Of a stretch of 64,000 bases of DNA, positions 39,794 through 52,909 are shown piece by piece. Under the pieces are notes generated by a model. The model worked only from the letters and a program-made list of their open reading frames with translations, was not told the origin of the DNA and did not search any database. The stretch comes from Eledone cirrhosa. Its lineage: Eukaryota. The translations under genes were made by a program, and so were the position numbers. The stretch spans positions 263,624,001 to 263,688,000 of the forward strand of contig OZ024742.1 of the NCBI GenBank assembly GCA_964016885.1. Direction: 5' to 3'. Position 1 is the first letter of the stretch. Every line of letters begins with the position of its first letter.

Positions 39794-40029
39794 ATTATTA
39801 GAAATGTAAGCTATCGCCGTATTTTGACTAAAGAAATTAAAGAAATTATTTAGCCTGATAGTGGGGTTAAGAACCCTCGGAGAATTGGAAAAAGATGAGT
39901 ATTGACGTACATGTACGTGATTGGTCATTTTTTTCCATTTCTCCGAGGGTTCTTAACCCCACTATCAGGCTAAATAATTTCTTTAATTTCTTTAGTCAAA
40001 ATACGGCGATAGCTTACATTTCTAATAAT
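39794..40029. repeat. About 100-bp-arm near-perfect inverted repeat flanked by (TA)n
   Basis: Arms at about 39794-39893 and 39930-40029; the loop contains the palindrome acgtacatgtacgt. Confidence 0.9.
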
Positions 40030-40102
<73 letters not shown>

Positions 40103-40146
40103 AATATATATATATATATTTATATATATATATAAATATATGTAAG

Positions 40147-40232
<86 letters not shown>

Positions 40233-42075
40233 TATGTAAGTAAATATATATATATATATGAATATATATATGTATGGAAGTGTGTGCAAGCATGAAAAAT
40301 GTTAGCAGGTAAAACAAGTTGAAATAAACATGTTTCTGCTTACCCTTCAGTCTAAGACGGTATTGTAAACTGGGGGAAATACTGAGGCATAGATGTGGGT
40401 GTTGGGACATATTTATAACAGGTAGGAGCAGGGTGGGTGATCTGGGTGTCGGAGAGCTGGGTTTCCTCTACCACCTTCTCTACAAGTAGGTGGGTCTCTC
40501 AGTATACATTACAGGGAAAGATAAAGTGTGTGAGTGTGTGTGTGTATGTGTGTGTTTGTGTGAGTGTGTGCGTGTGAGTGTGTGTATGTGTGTGTGAGAG
40601 AGAGAAAGAGAGAGAGAAAAAGAGAGAGTAATTGAGATGGGCAGGAAGTGAGATAGAATTGTATATGTATGTGTGTAAGAGAGAGAGAGAAGGGGGGGGG
40701 AGAAGAGAAAGAGATTGTTAGAAAGAGAGGGAGGGAGAAAGACAGGGACAGAGAAAGACAGGGAGTGATAGAAAATAAGTGAAAGGCAGAAAGGGAGAAG
40801 GGTGAGAGTGAGATAAGATATAAAGAGTAAATGAAAAAGAGAAAAATATTATTTAAAATGAGCGTCAGAGGGTGAGGAGAGAGAGGAAGAAAGTGAGATC
40901 GGGAGTAATTTATATATCTCAACGTAGACTTATCCATCTATCTTCAAGGCGGTAAATGAAGGGGAATCTGCTTAGTTGTATTAGGGACATCTATACTACA
41001 CCTTCCGAGAGATGAAACTTCCAAAGTTACAGTACTTAATCGTTGCAGCCCTATCACAGAAGCGAAAGGTCCTGACCTGAGCTGTGGAAGAAAGATAAGC
41101 AAAATAAGTTTCGCCACATCAGATTTTATAATGACAAACTCTTGTGCAGCACGAGAACCACATTCTCGATGTTTGGAGACATTTAGTTAGTAGCAACAAA
41201 AAACAAAACAAGATGGTCAAAGACTACAAAAATCACAGATTTCAAGTAAGAGTAACTTTCTCAGATGTGTATTTACATAAACATGTAAATACACAGATAG
41301 ATATACAAACATATATATATATATATATACACTATTGGATGGCAATAGTGCCGTAATTTGTTGGGTTTTATTTTTCGCCTTGCAGAAGAGTGTCCATAAA
41401 TCTTCTTTCTAAACAAGTAGGCTGAGTATAGATGCGGTTTACTCACGGATCATCCACCCATACATCAGGTTGCATGGATTAAATTATCCGGCATATTTGT
41501 CCCATCTCTCTGCGCTCTGTGTTCAAATTCTGTCGAGGACAACTTTGCATTTCGGCCTTTCCGAATCGATAAATAAGTGGACTGGGTGATTCTTCTTCAA
41601 CTCTTTGCGTTCTAAGTTCAAATATGGCAACATAATTTTTGCCGGGCTGTATTGGCCATTGTTGGCAAGAATAGGTACTTGCAGCCAGTGACGACACGCT
41701 GGTCTTCCATAACAAAAGACGTTTTTCTGGTCTGCACCTGGAAAGGAACTTTTTAGGAGAAAGTTCTTGGTGTCACAAAGTCTATGGGAGCTGTCTATAC
41801 ATATAATGCTTAAATGCATACATACATACAAACACATATATATACAAACATACAAACACATCTGTATGTATGTATGTATGTATGTATGTATGTATGTATG
41901 TATGTATGTATGTATGTATGTATGTATGTATACACGCACACATATATATATATATAAATATATATATATAAATATATATATATAATAGGCTAAATATCAA
42001 CGAAATGGACGTTGTATATACAGCTGGTAGCCTATTTTTAGAATCTCCTTTGTGTATGTGTGTATGGTGTGTGAG

Positions 42076-42149
<74 letters not shown>

Positions 42150-42251
42150 GTGTGTGTGTGTGTATATATATATTTGTATCTAAATAAATATAATTAATCA
42201 ATTATATCTATCTATCTATCTATATCTATATATATATCTCTATATATATAT

Positions 42252-42381
<130 letters not shown>

Positions 42382-42530
42382 CCATAGTAAAACAAGGCAG
42401 ACTGATTTTTATATACTTAGTCAAGAACTACTCACAGTGTCACACACATAAACACAGAGACAAACGCTAGATTGTCATGCACAGAGACGATCTACAGAAC
42501 ACTGAACAATATAACAATGTGAGCAAGACG

Positions 42531-42561
<31 letters not shown>

Positions 42562-43078
42562 ATTTTGTATATGTAGTACGCACACAGATACGAATGCACA
42601 CTCATACATACATGTGCACACACACACATATATATATATATATATAATGTACTGGCAGAACAACTGTCAGTATATTTTTATTCAGAAAGTAAGCTGAGAA
42701 GGCACAAGAGAAACTAAAGATGCTGATGTTAGAAGCAGGCTTATGGATCGGGGGTCGGCTGTAGATGCAAAGGGGGTGTATCTGGGCGTGTGTGTATATG
42801 TGTGTGGTAGCATTACGGCATGATGGTGGTGGTGGGGGTGTGGGTGGAGACGTGTTAAAGCTTTGGAATGGGTACCCCAATAATCATTACCTTGTCAGGC
42901 AAGGTATGCATGCTAAACGTGTGCATTTCAAGGGTACACCACGACCTTCTGCCTAAAACTATTTATGTCATATCTGTATCGACTTCTTTTCCATACACTC
43001 TCAACATCACACAGCAGTTTAGTTTCAGTGTCTATCCATCTTTCTATCTATCTAACTCCCCCTCTTTCTCTCTCTATT

Positions 43079-43122
<44 letters not shown>

Positions 43123-43214
43123 GAGTGAGAGAGAGAATGGAAGTGAGAAAGAGATATAGAGGAATAGAACCCCGTACGTGAGTGGTACTTTTTAAAAAAT
43201 TAAACTTGAATAGA

Positions 43215-43315
43215 CAAAAGGCAAAGTTGACCTCGGCGGGATTTGAACTCAGAGCGCAGAAGCGAATACTGCAAATCATTCTATCCGACGTTCTAACGAC
43301 TCTGCCAATTCGCTG
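43215..43315 (-). mobile_element. OK-like SINE fragment (others at about 41485-41590, 49525-49670, 56215-56350)
   Basis: Shared gagttcaaatcccgccgaggtcaactttgcc motif. Confidence 0.75.
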
Positions 43316-43467
43316 TGAAGTGTTTACGATAAGGTGACTGGGCAGACCAAAAGTAATACTAAATATATGAGTTGATATAGTAATTAGTACATTTCCCACC
43401 GTTCAAAGCCAGTTAGCCTGCAGGCCAGCTGAAATGGAATGGACCTTCAGATGAGATTTTACTGTTT

Positions 43468-43498
<31 letters not shown>

Positions 43499-43523
43499 AA
43501 TATGTATATATAGATATATATAT

Positions 43524-43611
<88 letters not shown>

Positions 43612-44039
43612 GGAAAAGAATGAAACGAAATTTCATTTCTCACTCTTAGTACGGCTGTTACTTAAATATAAGTATGTATACGTAGATACATATATGTATA
43701 CAGACGCACAGTAGTATGTATATATATATACATACATGCACACATATATATATGTATGTATGGGTTTACCGAACATTTATTATAATGTTCGGTTTGTTTG
43801 TAAACAAACAGCCCGAATTACGCCGTACAGTGCTCGGCAACCATCGGCGCCCTTTTGTTCAACACTGACGCAGGAACGATGTACTAGTTTCAAGCTTATT
43901 AGCAATCGTCAGCATTGTATACCTTTCTGTCAGATGATTGAACGTCTGAAAGTATATACTTCCGGGTTGAATCGGAGGTCACCACATGATTTCTCACGAA
44001 TGAAACAGTTCTAGTCCTTTAGAAGCTTTTCTATATTAA

Positions 44040-44079
<40 letters not shown>

Positions 44080-44283
44080 GTTATTCCGGGTTGAATCGGA
44101 GGTAACCACAGTAAGTAAGGTACTCAATACATAGCAGAGTATAACAGTTTTAATAACGTACATTTTAGCACTCTCTGTGCCCCTTATAACCATCATCAAG
44201 AAACCATGCTGACCAAACTCGACCTTGATATTTCCTTGAAGAACATCCCTATCCCTCCAAGGAAACTATATTTTTTGATACCC

Positions 44284-44334
44284 AGATTCCTGATGATTTC
44301 TAATGAATGAAACAGTTCTAGTCCTGTAGAATCT
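44284..44334 (+). ncRNA. Type-I hammerhead ribozyme
   Basis: agattc CTGATGA tttctaatgaat GAAA cag-ttctagtc-ctg TA gaatct, with a 6-bp stem I. Confidence 0.8.
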
Positions 44335-44544
44335 CATCTATATATTAAAACTGTTATACTCTGCTATGTATTGAGTACCTTACTTACTGTGGTTACCTCC
44401 GATTCAACCCGGAATAACGTACATTTTAGCACTCTCTGTGCCCCTTATAACCATCATCAAGAAACCATGCTGACCAAACTCGACCTTGATATTTCCTTGA
44501 AGAACATCCCTATCCCTCCAAGGAAACTATATTTTTTGATACCC

Positions 44545-44595
44545 AGATTCCTGATGATTTCTAATGAATGAAACAGTTCTAGTCCTGTAGAATCT
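44545..44595 (+). ncRNA. Type-I hammerhead ribozyme (tandem copy)
   Basis: Identical to 44284-44334 at +261 bp. Confidence 0.8.
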
Positions 44596-44819
44596 CATCT
44601 ATATATATATATATATATATATAGATATAACGGTACGACAAAAAGAGATAAATAAAATAAATAGCAGACTATAGAGTAATCAAATAGAGTAAAAGTATAC
44701 GCATGTTACTCAGAGTTTGGAACAGCCACACAGGTGGGGCACGTTGTTGTAGTCTTTCTCAATATCGCCTGAGGTGTTGATGGTACCAATATGACTATGT
44801 GCAACTTGGAATTCACTGA

Positions 44820-44931
<112 letters not shown>

Positions 44932-44935
44932 TAAT

Positions 44936-45936
44936 CTATAAAGCTCAGTGTGTGGTCATGCTCCTTCGTTATAGAAATCTACGATATAGAATTTCTTCAA
45001 TTGAAATTTACAATTCAGTATTCGAAATAGTTTCGATTGCGTCTTGACGGAGATCATTTTTTCAATTTCACCCACAATTACGCAAAAAATAGATAAAACT
45101 CAATATTTTACGATTTTTTTCTCTCATTTAAACTGCTGAACTCTTTCTACTACCATTCAAAATCTATACAACTTCATACTTTCTGCTACTTTCTTTTTCC
45201 AAGCTTGATGGTGATACTGTCCGTTCACACCACTCCCTACTGTCTTAAATTTAGAAAACACATATCCTCTATGAGGTTACTAAACCTGCTAGAAACAGCA
45301 GCTAACTCTCCCCCATATCACACCCCTCCCCACACCACTCCCTACTGTCTTAAATTTAGAAAACACATATCCTCTATGAGGTTACTAAAACTGTTAGAAA
45401 CAGCAGCTAACTCTCCCCCATATCACACCCCTCCCAACTGTCTTAAATTTAGAAAACATATCTTCTATGAGGTCACTAAACCAGCTAGAAACAGCAGCTA
45501 ACTCTCCCCCATATCACACCACTCCCTACTGTCTTAAATTTAGAAAACACATATCCTCTATGAGGTCACTAAACCTGCTAGAAACAACAGCTAACTCTCC
45601 CTCATATCACAACACTCCCTACTGTCTTAAATTTAGAAAACACACAGACAACCATGCAGAACAACTCCATCGCAGCTCTGTTGTTCGGCTGGCATCGTCT
45701 ACGCGCGTGTTGTGCAAGTACTGTGAAACAATAAATTTCAACACTTTTTTGCACAGAGATAATATCCATAGACGAAACTACAATTGTCACTGCTGGCGCA
45801 GCTCCTGCTTCAGCAGTCCAGGTCTGCAATTCATTCACCCAGTGCCTGGCAGACAAAGAAGTGCTGCCATAAAATGGGTGGTGCAACCTAACTTTGGTAA
45901 CTTAATGACCCCGAGCAACACCGAGCTTTAATGCTA

Positions 45937-45937
<1 letters not shown>
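44936..45937 (+). mobile_element. Non-autonomous Helitron carrying an internal minisatellite
   Basis: 5' TCTATAAAGC..gtgtgtg; 3' cccgagcaacaccgag hairpin plus ctttaatgCTAG|T; inserted in (TA)n. Confidence 0.7.
45227..45645. repeat. About 4.5 tandem copies of a ~90-100-bp unit
   Basis: cacaccactccctactgtcttaaatttagaaaacacatatcctctatgaggt(t/c)actaaacctgctagaaacagcagctaactctcccccatat. Confidence 0.92.
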
Positions 45938-46006
<69 letters not shown>

Positions 46007-46007
46007 T

Positions 46008-46096
<89 letters not shown>

Positions 46097-46328
46097 AGAA
46101 AAAAACGATTATTAGGAAGAAAAATATATGTTTTTCCTTATTATTTTCTCTTTTTTTCTTGGTTAGAAAATGTTTAAAACAAAATATTTTACTTTGTGTG
46201 AAGTGTTAAGGTATTAGTTAATTTATTTATTAATTAACAATAGCATTTATTTATTTATTTATTAATTTATTTATTTAATGATGATTATCAATTACCGGTT
46301 TCAGCATTTTATGCATTATCAAATTATG

Positions 46329-46397
<69 letters not shown>

Positions 46398-46554
46398 AAT
46401 GTATCCAACACCTCAGACGATATTGAGAAAGACTACAACAACGTGCCCCACCTGTGTGGCTGTTCCAAACTCTGAGTAACATCATATACTTTTACTCTAT
46501 TTGATTACTCTATAGTCTGCTATTTATTTTATTTATCTCATTTTGTCGAATCGT

Positions 46555-46788
46555 TAAATTACGGGACATAAACATAAAGAAAACATTACCATTGGCACGG
46601 ATAAAAACACCAAACACATACACAAATATATTCGACGCGCTTCCACGCAGTTACCGTCTACCAAATTTTACTCAGAAGACATTGGTCAACTTGTGGCTAG
46701 AGCTGAAGAAACTTGCTGAGGGTGGGACTGAACCGAAAACTACGTCGCGTCGTTGTGAAGCGTACTCTCTGTAACCACACAGCCACGC

Positions 46789-46790
<2 letters not shown>
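46555..46790 (-). mobile_element. tRNA-SINE, third family
   Basis: Head gcgtggctgtgtggtt..ggttcagtcccac; body gtaaaatttggtagacggtaactgcgtggaagc. Confidence 0.65.
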
Positions 46791-46875
<85 letters not shown>

Positions 46876-46876
46876 A

Positions 46877-46935
<59 letters not shown>

Positions 46936-46947
46936 TTACATACATAC

Positions 46948-47381
46948 AGAACTAATGAGAAATCTGCAGATACTCCACCCCGACTATACCTTCAGATTTA
47001 TGCCTGTGATTATTGGGGCACTGGGGTATGTTAGTAACTGCCTCAGTACAAATCTTGAGATGCTGGGCTTCACAGAAACAGAAAGAACACAACTAGTTAG
47101 GAAATTACAAGTACAATCCATTAATGGAACAATAAAAATATGTAAAACATTCAAAAGTGTCTGCATATACACCTGTACAGATACAAAGGATATGCACATG
47201 CACACATATAACTCAAAACATCCACATCCACACATACCTGCACACACACATGCATGCAGACATGCATACATATCTACTGAGTTGATGTTGTGTAAATTCC
47301 AATGAGAGAGTCTTGTGTCTATGTTAGAAACCGACTCTCTCTCTATTAGCAAAAATTTGTGAAATTATAAAACCAGAAGAA
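46948..47381 (+). mobile_element. 3' end of an RLE-type (R4/Dong-like) LINE with (CATA)n tail
   Basis: ELMRNLQILHPDYTFRFMPVIIGALGYV...GTIKICKTF (the P.IIGALG RLE C-terminus); (CATA)n on both sides. Confidence 0.7.
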
Positions 47382-47584
47382 CATACATACATACATATTC
47401 ATACATACATACATACATACATACATACATACATACATACATACATACATACATACATACATACATACATACATACATACATACGTACACACACACACAC
47501 ACAAACACACACACATATATATATAAGTATATCCTGGGTTCAATCGGGGGTAACCACAGTAAGTAAAGTACACAATACATAATA

Positions 47585-47655
<71 letters not shown>

Positions 47656-47809
47656 TCGTTGACAAGTATATTAATGTGCACAGACACGCAGATATATTGC
47701 CCTTGGTATGACAGTGTGGTTTTAGCTCATTGTAGGATAACTAGTATACTACAGAGCCGTTATAAGTTTAGAAATAACCAAAGAGTGCTTAGAAATACAT
47801 TGTTTTATT

Positions 47810-47857
47810 TGTTAACAGTGTTTCATCCATACCCTATGGCAGGAATCATCAGAGCTT
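47810..47857 (-). ncRNA. Hammerhead-like motif, imperfect stem I
   Basis: Reverse complement: CTGATGA ttcc..ggat GAAA cactg TT/A. A second, degenerate motif lies at about 47875-47910. Confidence 0.4.
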
Positions 47858-48179
47858 ATAAACAAAAATATATCAACGGTTTCAGGCTCCATCAAGCTCA
47901 GTCACCAGAACAAGGATAAAGGACAAGTGGGGGAGTCCCAAGGCCAGCGCTATATAGAAAAACACACAATACATGACGCACATAATGTCATAAAATGTCA
48001 TAAAAAATTACATCAAAAGTTTATCACATAAATGGTGCAATAGATGATAAGGAGGTTGAGAGAGGATAGCAAGAAATGAGTGAGGGTGTTACTAAGCATG
48101 ATAAAAAAACAACAAAAAAACAAAACAAAGCATAGATACATCAATTCACAAGCAGTGAATATATATATATATATATGAT

Positions 48180-48600
48180 TTCGATATGTTTCGGCCAGTA
48201 TTGACCCAGGCAAAGTGTTTCAAATCATGATTTAGACACCAAAGGCCACTCAAGTATTGTTTTCGGAGATCTATCCGGGAGAACGGGACTTATCCGGGGT
48301 TTGTCCGAAGATATTCAGAATTTTATAAGATCTGTTTCCTTTTTTATGTGTTTTCGTGTGATGTTAAAGAAAGCGGGACCAGTTAAGGTGAAATAATTGT
48401 GCCGTATTGTTGTTATGAGATGTGACCTTGATTTTTAAAGCGGGCGGATAGTACGGGACCCAAGCCTTAGGTGTATTTTGGAGATGATGCCAACATCATT
48501 TGGGCAATGGTGATTTTCCACACCATGCAGATAATGTAGCGCTCAACGTCGTTGGAGAGAGTAGAGTTTGAGCTTTTCTAGTCGACCCCAATAGTCAAGG
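48180..48600 (-). mobile_element. CR1-group LINE 3' fragment (same family as 38220-38720)
   Basis: RLEKLKLYSLQRR..CPNDVGI..HLRLG..RHNYFTLTGPAFFNITRKHIKKETD..ILEW. Confidence 0.75.
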
Positions 48601-48624
48601 CCTGTCATGCCGTCTATCCTTTTT

Positions 48625-48683
<59 letters not shown>

Positions 48684-48758
48684 GTCCATAGGGGTATTTT
48701 ACCCGATCTTCAAGGTAGAATTGAATGCAATCAACTGTTCTCACAGTCTTTACTGCGT

Positions 48759-49298
48759 TTGGGTTGAGTCATAAATAATTTCCGTTTTTTAAAAGCAAAT
48801 TGTAACTACGTATTTCAAACTTCCAATGTTTTAAACACAACTGGAAATTACGTGATTAGAGAGAGTCTTCATCAGTCATTCTTATTTCACTAGTGAAAAA
48901 TTGCACATCGTAATTTAATCTATGATTTCACACCTCTAAAATGGAGGAACTCAAAGTACATATTCGATACGTAATGTTGTGGGAGTTTAAGAATAACAAA
49001 AATGTCACAGAAGCAGCTAAGAAAATTTGTAGTATTTATGGCCAAGGTGTCATTACTGACCGCAAAGTCCGAAACTGGTTTTCGAAGTTTCGTATTGGGG
49101 ATACGTCATTGAGGGATGAACCCATTCCAGACCTCGATCAAGATGCTTGAAGAGAATTGGTGGAATGCAATCCGCGCAAAAAGTTTTAATTTAAGAATTA
49201 GCACTTGACCTCAACACACCCCAATCCCCAATCTGTCGCCACTTGGAAAAGATAGGAAAAGTGAGCAAGCTGGGCATTTGGGTTCCTCATACTCTTAG
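48759..49298 (+). mobile_element. Mariner (Hsmar1/Mos1-like) transposon 5' remnant
   Basis: TIR-like ttgggttgagtcataaataatttccgtttttt; HTH region HIRYVMLWEFK...EAAKKIC..YG....VRNWFSKFRIGDTSLRDEP; downstream LGIWVPHTL (WVPHEL motif). Confidence 0.9.
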
Positions 49299-49480
49299 TT
49301 GCAGTTTTCTTTTCGTCTCACATACATACAGATGCACTGTAGAAACATTCGCACACGTAGAAGCGCACACTTACATAAACATGTAGTTGTAGGAACAGTT
49401 AATGGATTCTCCGTCTGTTTCAACGATGGTCTTTCAGTTGTTCGATCAACTGACCTACTTATCTGTTAAATTAAAGCCTA

Positions 49481-49526
<46 letters not shown>

Positions 49527-49910
49527 GGAGAAGTATTTTATTTTTCGACCTTGAAATGATAAAAGGCAAAGTTGACTCCGGTGGGTTTTGAACTCAGAGC
49601 TCAGAGGGGAGGAACGAATATCGCAATGTATTCTATCCATCATTTTAACTACTCTACCAATTCGCCGCCTAGAAATAGTACAGGCCAACAAAATGTTGGT
49701 GCCTCCTTTTTAATTACTGGTTTATTCCCTCATGTATTGAAATTAGGAAGCTTCGTTAAAACAACCACGTATTAATAAATCAGTTTATTTCAGCACAAAC
49801 ACTCTGAGGAAAGACATAGAACAATGAATGTGTCTGCTTTCACTACTTATGTACTAAATTCTCTTGATTGAGCACAGAGAATCTTAAAACACAGGTTTTT
49901 CTTTACGCTG

Positions 49911-50132
49911 CCACAGATAATAAAGCTTACAAAAGATTCACATTTCAAAGATTCAATGGATAACATTGAGTCCTGTGCATGATTTTTGTTTGTTTTGGCT
50001 GCCAAATAATATCTTGGCAACTATACATCATTGTGTACTGCCCCCAAAGTCACTCAGCATTCCAGCGAAGCTTGGTGATTTAAGCGAAGAGCAAGCAGAA
50101 AATACTCATCAGAGTATTTAAAAATGGAAACC
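49911..50132 (+). mobile_element. Chapaev3/CMC-like transposase remnant
   Basis: PQIIKLTKDSHFKDSMDNIESCA*..YLGNY and PAKLGDLSEEQAENTHQSI, resembling the GPQIR.L..D..F...AW..FLGN and LG..S.E.GERFHQDI motifs. Confidence 0.55.
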
Positions 50133-50632
50133 TTAATTTCAAAGCACGGATACACCACATTGGCTCTTAATTCCTGATTGAGTCATGTGGGCATTGTTGT
50201 GATATACGGCACCTTTCTGGTACATATACCTGGCAGTGTCCATCCCTCTCCAGGTCTGAACACAGCCGAATAAGAAAAAGACATCGAGTAAGAATCGATC
50301 CTTAGTCAAGACAGGTTCTTTATTTGGCGACAACGAAAGGATGAAAGGCAATTTTGACCTCGAGAGAGAGAAGAGAGCCGGAAAGAATATCACGAACCAT
50401 TCTATTAGAGGTTCTAAGGATTTGCCGCCTACTGATGTATATATCAGCAAAGGAAGAGTTGCGCCGTATCTCCAAAACCACAATTGAATGTGCAAAAGTG
50501 ATAGCATGCTTGGAATGAACATATCAGAGAATAGGTCTAACACAAGGCAACGGGAATGGTTATCTTTTCTGTGTTAGTGATTATGATCAATTGTGATTCA
50601 GCCTATATCTGTTTATTAATATATCTATCTAC

Positions 50633-50722
<90 letters not shown>

Positions 50723-50829
50723 ATATATATGTGTATATATATATATATACATACATATACATATGTATGGATATATATATATATATATATATATATACGC
50801 ACGCACACATACACACACATATACATACA

Positions 50830-50893
<64 letters not shown>

Positions 50894-51563
50894 CTTGTGT
50901 GTGTATGTATATGTATATTATATCAACAGAGCAAATATAGAGTAGTTTACGGTTCTCATAATTCGACTATTAATACTAACATAACGTTTTTTTCCGCCAT
51001 TTCAAACACGAGCGTTACCTTTGTCTGAATATTCCTTCTGATCCCCCTTCACTATCTACACTACTTAATCAATGTATCAAAAACGTTTTGATTGGTCAAA
51101 ATACCGTACAAACATCTGGCATCCAAAAAATTTACACCAATGCCAAAACCACTTCACATCAATAGCAACAACAACAACAATTACATCCTCACTTTGTTCC
51201 TGCACTGTTTTTCATCAATATTCCTTTATTTATTCATTTTGTTATTTATTTATTCTTATTTTGTTTCTTATGATATCTTTGCTGATACATTTACCCGTTT
51301 CCTTGAATATTCTCACCTTCGAATATTTGGCCTTCTGCAGTTTCACCTTCTTTCTTGCTTTATTTTTTGTTTTATTTTTTCTTTCTTCTTTTCTTTTCTT
51401 ATCTTCTCACCTGTCTGTCGACCTAATTCTTACTCTCCAATTCTCCCATATTCTACCCAGTTTAAAAACCACCTATACAACACACCTTATCCCCGTGTAT
51501 ATATATGTATGTATCTATATTAAATCTTTTTATATACATGGAAGAATGCACCTCTCTCTTTTT

Positions 51564-51612
<49 letters not shown>

Positions 51613-51680
51613 CATGTGCGTTTGTGTGTGTTTGTGTATGTATATATATATATACATACACAAACACACACACACGCACA

Positions 51681-51769
<89 letters not shown>

Positions 51770-52054
51770 GTGTGTGTGTATGTATAAATATATATGTATA
51801 TTTATATAATCTTAGAAACGTAGCCATTACCAGTAATATAACACACTCAAGCGCACACACTCATACACATACACACATACACACATACACACATACACAC
51901 ATACACACATACACACATATTCTCCAGGGCACCACTGTTGAATTATTAACCTACCATTTCAATCATCTGAAATATATCTCAGACTCTCAAACTTAAATCT
52001 GCGCTTTCAATTAAATTACTAACGAAAGATTTCTTCTTATACTTCATTCTTTCA

Positions 52055-52365
52055 TCGCCACCAGCACCACCACCAGGAAAACCACCATCACCATCATCAC
52101 TACCACCACTACCAGCACCACTACCAGGAAAACCACCACCACCACCACCACCACCAGCACCACCACCATCATCACCATCACTACCACCACCAGCACCACC
52201 ACCATCATCACCATCACTACCACCACTACCAGCACCACTACCAGGAAAACCACCACCACCACCACCACCACCACCACCACCATCACCATCATCACTACCA
52301 CTACTACCAGCACCAGCACCACTACCAGCACCAACACCACCACCCTCATCATCATCATCGTCATC
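52055..52365. repeat. Cryptic (CAC/CAT/CAG)n trinucleotide array
   Basis: Recurring caccaggaaaaccacc and catcaccatcactaccacc blocks. Confidence 0.9.
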
Positions 52366-52909
52366 AATTCTTTTTCCTATTTTCTTCTCGTCTTTTACTC
52401 CACCATCCCTCTTCTACTTTAACTCCTTTCTGCCCCCCTTTTCTCCCCCTTTCCTACCTCTACCTGCTACAAATTCCCTGTTCCCCCCGAAAGTTACAAC
52501 TCACCACACTACATCACTAATGCATCATTACTCACACCGTACACTATACATAACCATCTCTAACTACCCTCCCATTATCTCACACAAAACCCTAACCAGG
52601 TACCACCTCCACTATCAACATTCCGACTCCATTCTTCGGCTAATACATTTCCCATACTGTTCATAATTTCTAAGGCTATAAATATATATTCCATTGGTTT
52701 TTTTATGAAATAATCCTTACAAAACTTCAACTCCTTGTGCTTCTCACATCCCCCAAGTCCGTGAAACGGCGACAGCTCTGGAGAAGGTACGAGATTGGTA
52801 CGAGTTTTGGCGTGAAGTGGAGTGGCAGTAAATTGCGTTAGATCAGAGAGACAGAGTAGAAACCTTTGTAGCAGTGTAGACGAGATAGGTAGATAGATAA
52901 ATAGATATA

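Larger units (their letters stand above)
44077..44600 (+). mobile_element. Retrozyme-like non-autonomous Penelope-derived element: 261-bp tandem unit with hammerheads and inverted 5' segment
   Basis: 44152-44412 is repeated from 44413. 44077-44154 is an inverted copy of 44344-44421. The unit carries the ORF start MLTKLDLDISLKNIPIPPRKLY. Flanked by (TA)n. Confidence 0.8.

Noticed and set aside
45227-45645. ORFs 45205-45501 and 45467-45931 as a repeat protein, or the array as a CRISPR
   Set aside because: Translation of a tandem DNA repeat inside a Helitron; the frame is not conserved between units and there are no unique spacers.
48941-49150. SETMAR gene
   Set aside because: No SET domain, TIR-like sequence upstream, and internal stop and frameshift; a mariner relic.
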